NCBI GenBank assembly: GCA_964632485.1
Contig: CAZWDO010000007.1
Coordinates: forward strand, 1 to 64,000
Length of the DNA: 64,000 nucleotides
Direction: 5' to 3'
Source: an uncultured bacterium
GTDB taxonomy: Bacteria; JAGOEH01
The translations under genes and the position numbers were made by a program. The stretch's first letter is position 1, and the number at the start of each line of letters is the position of its first letter. Of the stretch, positions 29,878 to 39,242 are shown piece by piece. Under the pieces are notes generated by a model, which worked only from the letters and a program-made list of their open reading frames with translations, was not told the origin of the DNA and ran no database searches.

Positions 29878-32800
29878 TTAATAGGAAAAATGCATGCCGA
29901 CGAAAATCTGACGGGGACTACAGTAGAGCTCCTGGTCGATTTCACTCAGGTAGGCCTGGCTGTTCTTCACATTGATGGCCCGATAGAGATCGATGTAATC
30001 CTGGCCACCATAGGCACTGATAAACCCGCCGGAATAGGTGGGATTACCGAGATAACCATCGTCACTGGCGCTACCGGTCGCCTGATACACATTAATCACA
30101 TTTTTGGTGTTGAACAGATTAGTGACACGTAAAAAGATGCCGATATCAAATTTTCCTACGTTAAAACTCTTGTCTAAGCGGAAATCCACATTGAAATTCC
30201 AGGGAGTGATCGAGGTATTCAACGGTTCCAGTGCATAACGGTTACGCGTATCGTTCATATAATCGACCGCTGCTTCATAAGCCGTAACCTGACCACCTGG
30301 GGGATAATAAACGTAGGTGTATGGATGGCCGCTGTTGAAACTCATCAACAGATTGAGGCCCATCTGTTCTAAAATAGGACCACCATCGCCTTTGTCAAAA
30401 CGATAGTCCAGGATGAGAGCGCCACGATGTGTCTGGCTGAAATCCAGGGGAGAAAGAATCGTAGGTTTCTGAGTGGCGCGTTCAGCCGCTGCCACATAAG
30501 CGTTTTCACTGGATCCGGTGCCTTCGGCGCGTGTCAGCGTGTAATTCAACTGAGCCTGCAAACGATTAGTGCGACGTAGGGTGAACTTTAATTCCAAACC
30601 CTTGGTCGTCGCGAAATCGCCGTTTATCAACCGGTTATAGGCGCTGATAATGGCGCCCGGCTCCGGCGTAACCTTTTCAACCATGGTCTGACCCTTGACG
30701 TTCTTATAAAAACCGGACAGGTCAAAAGCAGCCACGGAAGATAATTGTTGACGGAAACCGATCTCATATTGGGTGGAACTAATCGGTTCAAGACCGAATC
30801 CGATCGGAGCGGAATAGAAGAGCCCACCGGCAATCTGGTCGTAGAGTGAAAAACTGTCATAATAGATATCGTTCAACTCAGCGGTTTGCCAAAACTTACC
30901 ATACTGCATGTAGAAGACGGTTTTATCACTGACCGGGAATGAAAAACCCAACCGGGGACTGACTTTAATAAACGGATCGACCTGTTTCCATTCGGATTCG
31001 GGAATCACCTTGTTCACCTTGTCAATATTGGCTGGATTGGTCGGATTAAGCAACGTCCAGTCATCGGTATCGAAATAATCAACGCGAAAACCGGCATTGA
31101 TGATCAGGAACTTATATTCGGCTTTATCCTGAACATAGAACGAACCGAAGGTGGGATGCTTGGCGCCATCGAAACCTTCATCCAGTTCATTGCCGTAAGG
31201 ATCATAGCCATAGATCACGCCATTCCAGCGTCGCCAGACATCGCGCGGAATCGAATCGGAGATGACCGCATCGAAAGAGGAGATCGCCATAGTATCGATC
31301 GGAGCGATTCCTGATTCCGGATCTTCGGTCAGCCACTCTTCCGGCGCATACTGATTGAGTACCGACATGACGCGGGGATTAATATTGAAACGGCGCAGGG
31401 TGTAATATTTATAATCCAGGCCGATTTTCAATTCATGCACATTCGTCAACTGGCTGACGAAATTGATCGAACCGCTTAAATAGCTTTGATTCGTCTGCGT
31501 ATAACTGCGAGTGCCATCGCGATAATTCATCAACGAACCGTCACGGGTAAACGGAATGCCGTTGACAAGGTAGTTTTCCTGAAACACCCAGCGACTGAGC
31601 ATATAATCCGCAGAATCGATTTTAGGATTGACATAATTGGCATCCGCCCATTTTTTCCAATCCGTGCCAAACCAATCATCATTGGTTTCGGACTCACGGT
31701 TGTAAAAACTCAGCTTTACATCATAGTAAGTAGTGGGGCTGAGTACATGGGTGGCCGAACCGCTTAACAGCAAAGTATTAAAAAGAATATACTGTTTACG
31801 AGTATTCAAAATATCCAGCATGGGGGTATCATCAAGGCCGCCATCAGTCTTCCCGTATTGTTTAAACCAACTATAAACCGCGCTCAAGCGAAAGCGAACC
31901 GGTTTGAAATCAAAGAGCAGGGTGCTGTTGAGCGCCAATTGGTTAGTTTCGTTACGGGGGGTAAACCCGTCGGGATATTCAAGGTCCACCGTATCGGGAT
32001 GCCCGCTGGAAACTTTAGTGTTTGCGGGATTCCCATCCACCAGGTTTTGAAAACTAAAACCCTCGCTGAAGCGTTTCATGGCATCGCCAGTAAACGCATT
32101 TTCAAGGGCCACAAAAAAACGGACATTTTTGCTCAATAGCGGACCGCTAAAAGAAGCTGATAAAATATGATCCTGATAGGCATAAGTATTTAGAAACTTT
32201 TTGCCTTCTCCAGCAAATTTGTCGGTTTGGAAATCAAAGGTGGCTTTGTAGTCCGCGCCTCCGGTTTTCAATTCGGTTTTAACGATGCCGGAATTGGCGC
32301 CGCCATATTCAGCCGTATAGCCGCCGGCCAGTACCTGGACTTCTTCCACGGCATCCTGAATCACATATACCGCATTGGTGTTATTCAATGGATTGACCGC
32401 AGAAGCGCCGTCCAAATAATAGCCGACTTCCTGAGATCTTCCACCACGGATATAAACATTGTTGTCCTGAACATTCACGCTGCTTTGGACCGACAAAATC
32501 TGCTGAATTCCCCGTACCGGAATATTGGATAATTCCTCTGAGTTGACCTTGGAAAAGCTTTGGGTCATATTCTTTTCCACCAGGGGTCGTTCGGCGCGAA
32601 TTACCACAGCATCCATCACTTCCAACGTGGTTTGTTCCAATGAAAAATTCACGTCGGTCGTAACGCCGGCGGAAACACGGATGTTCTCCATGCTCACTTT
32701 CTGGTATCCCATCAAAGTGACGATTACCGAATAGGATCCGACGGGGACGTTCATAATTACATAATATCCATCACCATCTGTAACAGCTCCACGATTGGTG

Positions 32801-32943
32801 CCGTCCAATACGACATTAACGCCGGGCAACATTTCCCCGGTCTCTTTGTCTTTGACCAAACCTTTGATTTTACCGGAAGATTGCGCCATTAACGCGACGG
32901 GCAGCCATAGTAAAATCATCAACAAAAGCGTTTTTTTGACCAT
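29878..32943 (-). CDS. TonB-dependent receptor with N-terminal carboxypeptidase-regulatory-like domain
   Basis: GKIKGLVKDKETGEMLPGVNV, plug IRGGR...YYLDG...GGYTAEYGGANSG, SPRLGFSFPV, C-terminal PRQIFVGMHFSY. Confidence 0.93.
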   Translation of the reverse strand: MVKKTLLLMILLWLPVALMAQSSGKIKGLVKDKETGEMLPGVNVVLDGTNRGAVTDGDGYYVIMNVPVGSYSVIVTLMGYQKVSMENIRVSAGVTTDVNFSLEQTTLEVMDAVVIRAERPLVEKNMTQSFSKVNSEELSNIPVRGIQQILSVQSSVNVQDNNVYIRGGRSQEVGYYLDGASAVNPLNNTNAVYVIQDAVEEVQVLAGGYTAEYGGANSGIVKTELKTGGADYKATFDFQTDKFAGEGKKFLNTYAYQDHILSASFSGPLLSKNVRFFVALENAFTGDAMKRFSEGFSFQNLVDGNPANTKVSSGHPDTVDLEYPDGFTPRNETNQLALNSTLLFDFKPVRFRLSAVYSWFKQYGKTDGGLDDTPMLDILNTRKQYILFNTLLLSGSATHVLSPTTYYDVKLSFYNRESETNDDWFGTDWKKWADANYVNPKIDSADYMLSRWVFQENYLVNGIPFTRDGSLMNYRDGTRSYTQTNQSYLSGSINFVSQLTNVHELKIGLDYKYYTLRRFNINPRVMSVLNQYAPEEWLTEDPESGIAPIDTMAISSFDAVISDSIPRDVWRRWNGVIYGYDPYGNELDEGFDGAKHPTFGSFYVQDKAEYKFLIINAGFRVDYFDTDDWTLLNPTNPANIDKVNKVIPESEWKQVDPFIKVSPRLGFSFPVSDKTVFYMQYGKFWQTAELNDIYYDSFSLYDQIAGGLFYSAPIGFGLEPISSTQYEIGFRQQLSSVAAFDLSGFYKNVKGQTMVEKVTPEPGAIISAYNRLINGDFATTKGLELKFTLRRTNRLQAQLNYTLTRAEGTGSSENAYVAAAERATQKPTILSPLDFSQTHRGALILDYRFDKGDGGPILEQMGLNLLMSFNSGHPYTYVYYPPGGQVTAYEAAVDYMNDTRNRYALEPLNTSITPWNFNVDFRLDKSFNVGKFDIGIFLRVTNLFNTKNVINVYQATGSASDDGYLGNPTYSGGFISAYGGQDYIDLYRAINVKNSQAYLSEIDQELYCSPRQIFVGMHFSY

Positions 32944-33359
32944 GCTTTGTCCTCCTACTGGTTAGAAAACGCATACGTTTAGGAAACACACAACTTACTA
33001 CAATTAATTTAGTATCCCCCTCCTTTCCATTTTTAAAATGTGATCATGGCTTAAACCGGTTGAGGTCGAACCGTGAGATACCATTACTTTATTCCTCACC
33101 TTTCTAAATAACCGGAACGGTTACGTTACTCTCACCGAATCACTATGTTGGAAGCTCTTTTCATGCCGGACATCCTGTCCGCAAATAAACAGACAGGTTA
33201 TCCGTACCGCAGAACCCCGGTACGGGCCGGAATGATCCGGTGCAAACGTGCGTAAAACACCTCAATTATTACTAAAATTACGCAAAAAAGATGGTTTGTC
33301 AAGACTTTTTTTCAAAAATCTTTATTTTATACAAAATTGTTTCGTTACTTTCAATCATT

Positions 33360-36300
33360 TTAACGTGGATCGACCGGTGAGGGATAATCTACATCGCGGG
33401 GATCAGCCTCAATCTCCTGCTGTAAGTGTTCAACCGCTTTCAATAATTGAGGGTCTTTGCCCTGGATTTCATCTTCCGGCCGGTTAACAACCAGAATATC
33501 CGGTTGAACTCCCTTCGATTCCATCATATTTCCTTCATTATCCCACAATCCGACAAATGTTTTTCGAACAATCCCGCCATCGATCAGTTGACTCGGCACA
33601 ACGGCAATGACGAATCCCAGCGTCGGAACTCCGATCACCTTTCCCAATTTTTTAATCTGAAAGGCGCGTGGAAAGACTTCGGCATCGGAATAGGAGTATT
33701 CATTGATCAGTACGGCCATTTTACCATAGAACCCGTCGTCAGGGCGTTCCTGGAGAAATCCATAGCGTTCCCTCGCCGTCATATATTTAGTCCGTTCCAG
33801 CACATCGATTAAATCAGGATCGATGCTTCCTCCTCCATTATAGCGGACATCGATAATCAATCCCTGTTTATACCGGTACTCCTTGATTTTGCTGCGGAAT
33901 TCCCGTAACCCGGTACCGGACATATCGCGCAAATGCAGATAACCAATCTGATGGCGGCTGAGTGAATCGACAAGGCGGGCATTCTGCTGTATCCAGTCAT
34001 AATAGCGCAAATTAATTTCGGTCGCGATAGGTTCAATCGTAATTTCACGGGCTTTTTCCGGATCGGGTTCCGAACCGATGGACAGAACCAAACGGCTTTT
34101 AGAATGATAGATCAGCAATTCCCGGTATGGATTCTGATCGATAGAAAGGGGGTTGCCGTTAATAGCAAATATATAAGTACCTGATTTCAATTGCAGCCAG
34201 GTATCGTCCAGGGGGGAGCGGTAAGCGATCTGTTCGCTCTCGCCAGGGTAAATTTTGCCGATGCGATAATATTGATTCTTATCGTCAGGAACAAAAGTGC
34301 AACCCAACAGAGCCATATTATAGCGGGGAGGAGAATAGCTATTGCCGTGAAAATCGCCGCCGTAAGCGCCTTGATGCGAGGCATTCAATTCGCCCACCAA
34401 CTTCTGGAGCAAAAGGTTCAATTCCTGACGGGAGGCGACATAAGGGAGAAAATTCCGATAATAAGCTCCCAGGCTATCCCAATTCAGGCCATGCATATTG
34501 GGATCATAAAAATTGTATTTAACCATGCGAAAAGATTCATTGAAAATCTGCCGCCATTCCTGACGGTGATCGATGCGGATTTTTAAGGATTTGACATCGA
34601 CCTGATCCGTTTTTTTTGAAGTGGATCCCGTTTCTTTATCATCTTTTTTAGTTCCGGCGGAGCTGCCGATATTCACAATGCGCACTACACCGTTGGAATA
34701 AACGGCTAATTTTTTAGCCCGAGCCGCGATAACGTAATTATCGATGTCCGCTATAGCCTGCTTTATTTCTTTATCATCAATCACATAATAATTCAAGGAA
34801 ATACGGCGGAAGCGCGAATGCCAGGAACCGGCGTCAAGACGCATAAAATAGATATATTTCGATGTCAATTGTAAATTATCGATGCGGCCCCTTAATTCGG
34901 GAATATATACCGATCGCTGGGCTAAACCGTCAAAATCAATTTTAATTTTTTCTACATTGAGCGGTTTTGTTTCTTCTTCATCATTATCCTTGTTTTTTTT
35001 CTTCTTTTTCTCATCATCAGCCATGCCTGGTTCTTCCTCATCATTTTTAAGTTTGATCCAGGGTTCTCCCCCTTTAGACAAACTCAGATAGAAGCCATAA
35101 CGGGTTCCGGTCGTGGCCGGATTGGCTTTGAGATAGACAAGACCTTTGCCGTCGGGAGTAAAACGGGGATTGGAATAACAGGCAGTCGGCAATTGCAATT
35201 CCTTTACAATGCCCTCTTCACGGTTATAAAGTCGAAGTTCTGTAATTCCATTACGTTGCGTTATCACATAGACTAACCATCGACTATCCGGCGCCCAGTT
35301 AAAATCGCCAAACACCTCGCTGTCGCAACTATCAATCAACACCGATTGGCCGCTGGATAAATCTACCGTATAAAGCCGACGGTCATTCGTGGAATACAAA
35401 ATAAAACGGCTGTCGGGAGACCATTCCATAATAACCTTAAAATTTTTCGTATCCGTGATGCGTCTCGGCTTGCCCTGGTTTTTCTGGTCAACAACATAGA
35501 TTTCCTCTTCACCGTCACGATCGGAAAAAAAGGCCACCCATTTACCGTCGGTTGACCAGGATGGCGAATGATCGCGGGCTCCGCTCGATTGCGTATAATT
35601 GCGGGTAATCCCTTCTTCCACCGGGAATGACAGTATTTCGCCCCGGTATTCACCCGCGATTCGTTTTGCTGACGGTGAAATGCTGATATCCGGGTTTACC
35701 CGTTCCGGGATCAGATATTCCACCAGATCCAGATGGGAATCGGCTTGCAGGATCACTTCAATCTCTTTCACTTCCCGAGAGTGCAAATCAAGGCAGAACA
35801 GTTTGCCGTCATTGATAAAAACAATACGGTTGCCGGCAAAATCAATCGACGGGAAACTAACCCCATCGAATCCCTGGCGGGTAACCTGAGTCACCTGGCG
35901 GGTAGCAGGGTCCAGGTGATAAATGTTAGCGGCTCCGTCTCGGTCGGAAACAAAATAATACCCGTCAAACCCGGTCATAGGCCACATATCGTTACCCGGA
36001 TAATCCGTGAGCTGTTCAAATTGTTTGAGCTGAAAATCGTAGCGCCAAACATCGAGATTGGCGCTTCCCTGGTATCGTTTCCACCACCAGAACCTTAAAT
36101 CATGGCGATTGTAAACAAAATAACGGGCATCACCGGTAAACATACCGCAACTTCCGCGATCCATCGGCAATTTTTGCGGATTGGCAGCATTGAGGCCGAT
36201 CGTGTAGAACTGATCAAAATAGCGGCTGTAAGCGTCGCGGTTTGATAAAAATATAACCGATTGGCCGTCGGGAGTCCAATCCACTACCTGGTTATTTTCC

Positions 36301-36620
36301 GGATACCAGGTCAATTGCCGGATTTCTCCCCCCATTACCGGTACGGTAAAAACATTATCACCGCCCAGATATTCACCGGTAAAGGCAACGGTTTGCCCAT
36401 CAGGCGAAAAGCGGGGACAGGTTTCCTGGCCGATATGCGATGTTAACCGCCTGGCGGTTCCTCCATCCTTATTCACTATATAAAGATCCGTATTATAGAC
36501 AAAAACAACCTGATCACCTTCAATGTCCGGGAATTGCATAAAAAGCGCCTTTTGATACTGCGCGGATAATTGAATAGACCCAAGTAACAGGCCGAGCACC
36601 AAAACGAAATAAAACTGCAT
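33360..36620 (-). CDS. tricorn-like S41 protease with signal peptide
   Basis: PD40/beta-propeller repeats (PRFSPDG, PSWSTDG), EWRQIFNE, GELNASH, PDZ-like region, GYLHL, IDVRYNGGG, SYSDAE (catalytic Ser region), GVQPDI. Confidence 0.93.
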   Translation of the reverse strand: MQFYFVLVLGLLLGSIQLSAQYQKALFMQFPDIEGDQVVFVYNTDLYIVNKDGGTARRLTSHIGQETCPRFSPDGQTVAFTGEYLGGDNVFTVPVMGGEIRQLTWYPENNQVVDWTPDGQSVIFLSNRDAYSRYFDQFYTIGLNAANPQKLPMDRGSCGMFTGDARYFVYNRHDLRFWWWKRYQGSANLDVWRYDFQLKQFEQLTDYPGNDMWPMTGFDGYYFVSDRDGAANIYHLDPATRQVTQVTRQGFDGVSFPSIDFAGNRIVFINDGKLFCLDLHSREVKEIEVILQADSHLDLVEYLIPERVNPDISISPSAKRIAGEYRGEILSFPVEEGITRNYTQSSGARDHSPSWSTDGKWVAFFSDRDGEEEIYVVDQKNQGKPRRITDTKNFKVIMEWSPDSRFILYSTNDRRLYTVDLSSGQSVLIDSCDSEVFGDFNWAPDSRWLVYVITQRNGITELRLYNREEGIVKELQLPTACYSNPRFTPDGKGLVYLKANPATTGTRYGFYLSLSKGGEPWIKLKNDEEEPGMADDEKKKKKNKDNDEEETKPLNVEKIKIDFDGLAQRSVYIPELRGRIDNLQLTSKYIYFMRLDAGSWHSRFRRISLNYYVIDDKEIKQAIADIDNYVIAARAKKLAVYSNGVVRIVNIGSSAGTKKDDKETGSTSKKTDQVDVKSLKIRIDHRQEWRQIFNESFRMVKYNFYDPNMHGLNWDSLGAYYRNFLPYVASRQELNLLLQKLVGELNASHQGAYGGDFHGNSYSPPRYNMALLGCTFVPDDKNQYYRIGKIYPGESEQIAYRSPLDDTWLQLKSGTYIFAINGNPLSIDQNPYRELLIYHSKSRLVLSIGSEPDPEKAREITIEPIATEINLRYYDWIQQNARLVDSLSRHQIGYLHLRDMSGTGLREFRSKIKEYRYKQGLIIDVRYNGGGSIDPDLIDVLERTKYMTARERYGFLQERPDDGFYGKMAVLINEYSYSDAEVFPRAFQIKKLGKVIGVPTLGFVIAVVPSQLIDGGIVRKTFVGLWDNEGNMMESKGVQPDILVVNRPEDEIQGKDPQLLKAVEHLQQEIEADPRDVDYPSPVDPR

Positions 36621-36644
36621 AAGGTCTTTCCTTTCTATAAAGGG

Positions 36645-38075
36645 TTATAAAAATCGAAATGATGATTCTAAAGCGAACCGGCGCCTCACTTCTTCTGAAC
36701 TGCCGGACTGTCGATAGCGGAAGGTTAATTCCCACTCTCGAGATCCACTCGCAACAGCCGCTCCAGCTTTTACTTCGAAAACTTTTACCCGTTTTCCCTC
36801 TAATTCCAGATCATGAGTCTTCAATTCCCAGGCCAGGCCGGGAAATACGCGCCATCGTTCATTAAGATAATATTCAGTTGTAAAACGCCAGGCGAAAGCG
36901 GATAGCGAATACTCATCGGCAATATCCGCCAGATAATCGAAGTGTTTATAGTTGCCAATCTCAATTTCGCATTGCTGGTATATCGTTAAAATAACCGGAA
37001 TCGCGCGCCACCGGTTATACAAAGACCCGCTGAAGGCCGGGATATTTGATTCCTGATAGAGGTAGGGATAATCGTAGGAACGGCTCCAGGCATCTTTCAT
37101 CTGCCAGCCGACTCGGAGCCCGTATCCCTGAGATCCGGACGGTAAAAAATGAAATTCCAGGTCTCCGGCGTAAATTTCTTCCTGATATAAACCCCAATTA
37201 CGCCGGGTACTTCCTCCGTCGCTCAACACATTCTTCCACAAATTATAATGCATATTCAATAATAGATTAACCTGAGGCGAAATTTTTTCCAGCCAGGCCC
37301 CACGGAATCTGAATGTTTGAATTTTCTCCCAGTTATCGCATGAAGAACCGGTGCGAACCCGGCTGACGTTACTGCCAAAACGCTCTTCCACAATGGGATT
37401 CGCTAATTCTTTCGGGGCTTCCAGTTGCGTATGTTCATTCCCCCAGGCCAGCTCAATGCCGCTCTGGCGGCGAGGGCCCACATAACCGAGGTTGATTCCC
37501 CAAAGCGCTGTGCGATTAGTATTTTCAGCTTTGATGAATTCATCTCTGAGACTTTTAAGCAAACGATATTCCAAAAAGGGAGCCAAGACCCATTGCCGAT
37601 AAATTCGTTGAGCATAGGCAAGCTGGATGGGAATTTCCTGAATCGCCATCGTTCCGGCGCTGTAATCGAGAATCTGAAAAAAATGGCGGTAGGGATCGAT
37701 ATTCAATGCCCGGTATTGATCGGACAATATCTGTTTGGTAAAGCCGATATTGCCCTGAAAAATCCGTTGGCCGGGACTATAATCGAAGCGCTGGCGGTAT
37801 TCAATGCCGGCGCTGAGCGACTGCCGGGGATCGTATTCCCGACGCAGACCGCCTTCAATCCAACAATTGGTTTGTTGAAGATAATAATGGGTGCCTGAAG
37901 GGTCGACTACAAGACCAATCGGCTGGCCAACCCGATCCCAGAGATTAAAATCCCAGTCTCCATCTTCTAATAAAATATGATCATCGAAAAAGAAAAGACG
38001 TGTCTCATTGGCAAACATCAAAGAGGAAAAACTCAACCCAAACAGAAAAAAACTGAAAATAACTTTTTTAATCAT
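36645..38075 (-). CDS. outer-membrane beta-barrel protein (DUF6850-like)
   Basis: Signal peptide, aromatic-rich alternating strands, terminal FRFL; position after a DUF4876-like gene is typical of this family. Confidence 0.6.
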   Translation of the reverse strand: MIKKVIFSFFLFGLSFSSLMFANETRLFFFDDHILLEDGDWDFNLWDRVGQPIGLVVDPSGTHYYLQQTNCWIEGGLRREYDPRQSLSAGIEYRQRFDYSPGQRIFQGNIGFTKQILSDQYRALNIDPYRHFFQILDYSAGTMAIQEIPIQLAYAQRIYRQWVLAPFLEYRLLKSLRDEFIKAENTNRTALWGINLGYVGPRRQSGIELAWGNEHTQLEAPKELANPIVEERFGSNVSRVRTGSSCDNWEKIQTFRFRGAWLEKISPQVNLLLNMHYNLWKNVLSDGGSTRRNWGLYQEEIYAGDLEFHFLPSGSQGYGLRVGWQMKDAWSRSYDYPYLYQESNIPAFSGSLYNRWRAIPVILTIYQQCEIEIGNYKHFDYLADIADEYSLSAFAWRFTTEYYLNERWRVFPGLAWELKTHDLELEGKRVKVFEVKAGAAVASGSREWELTFRYRQSGSSEEVRRRFALESSFRFL

Positions 38076-38084
38076 TTAAATCCT

Positions 38085-39242
38085 TTATTCCTGCCGTCCA
38101 GGCGTCGGGGCATCGAGAATTTCAAAATCAATCGAGGAATTATCGGTATCAAAGCCCGCTTTGATGCGCTGCATCGATTTTCCGGAATAAGTGCTGATAC
38201 CGACGCCGGTAAAACCTTTATCTACCCGCGCATCCATCACCTTCAGCGAAGTGGCGGAGGAACGATATTCCACGCCATCGATGATCGTTTCCAGAGCGAT
38301 GCCGTCGAGATATCCCCCGGGATAGAGCGGATTTTCATCGGGAACGGCATCCTCGCCGGTGCACAACAGCAGGATATCCGAAGTTCCAGCGATCATAAAA
38401 TCGTAGCGTTTATCGGGCTGAATGCAAAATATATTGGGAACCATCGGATTATCCAGGTCGGCATAATCCAGTCGATTGACAAATTCCCAGTCAGCGCCGC
38501 TAAGGTCGATACTGTTGGGCACGTACTCCTGATGATTGCGGGCATCGGAGGCCAGCAGGAGGTATTGGCGCGGCGCGACGGGATAATCGCCGCGGGCGCG
38601 GAAATAGGGAGCGCGGTCCACTACCGGTTCGCCGGGGAAACGCCAGATCGTTGTGAATGTTTCCAACTCCCCATCACCGTCCAGATCCTGCAACGCCTGG
38701 TTCGACCCCCCACCACGAATAACGACCATACCATCCAGCCAGACGGTATCATCGGAGGCATTGTAAAGCTCATAAAACTGGTCGTGATAATAGAGAATGT
38801 CATTGGCTGACCAGGCGGCAAAAATCTCGTTGATCTTTAATCCCGGCCGAATTAAAAAAACCGGCAAAACGGTATCGATCACCTGGTACGATTCAAGTTG
38901 AAATTCACCGCCGCCGCCCAGCATGCGGTTATCGTTCAATTCTTTAGAAAACCCGATTATATAGGAAGCCGATATCAGCCGCTCAAACCGGATAGCGCCC
39001 GAACTGTCGGTCCATCCCTGATAATTGACCAGGGAAGACTTAAGTTCGATGCGAATGCTTTCCGGGGAAAAAATAGCGCCCGCCAGCTCATTGGCCGGAG
39101 ACATATCCAATTGAATATGAACGGTTCCCTGGCCTTCAACCCGCGTGGGTTTGGACTCACGATAGCAGGCAAAAATCAGCCATACCAGCGCGAGGGATAC
39201 CCATCTCCATTTTTTTATAAAATTAGTCATATTTATCGCCAC
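38085..39242 (-). CDS. DUF4876-family lipoprotein
   Basis: Lipobox-like IFAC; INEIF...DQFYELYNASDDTVWLDG, IDLSGADWEF, DTDNSSIDF. Confidence 0.8.
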   Translation of the reverse strand: MAINMTNFIKKWRWVSLALVWLIFACYRESKPTRVEGQGTVHIQLDMSPANELAGAIFSPESIRIELKSSLVNYQGWTDSSGAIRFERLISASYIIGFSKELNDNRMLGGGGEFQLESYQVIDTVLPVFLIRPGLKINEIFAAWSANDILYYHDQFYELYNASDDTVWLDGMVVIRGGGSNQALQDLDGDGELETFTTIWRFPGEPVVDRAPYFRARGDYPVAPRQYLLLASDARNHQEYVPNSIDLSGADWEFVNRLDYADLDNPMVPNIFCIQPDKRYDFMIAGTSDILLLCTGEDAVPDENPLYPGGYLDGIALETIIDGVEYRSSATSLKVMDARVDKGFTGVGISTYSGKSMQRIKAGFDTDNSSIDFEILDAPTPGRQE

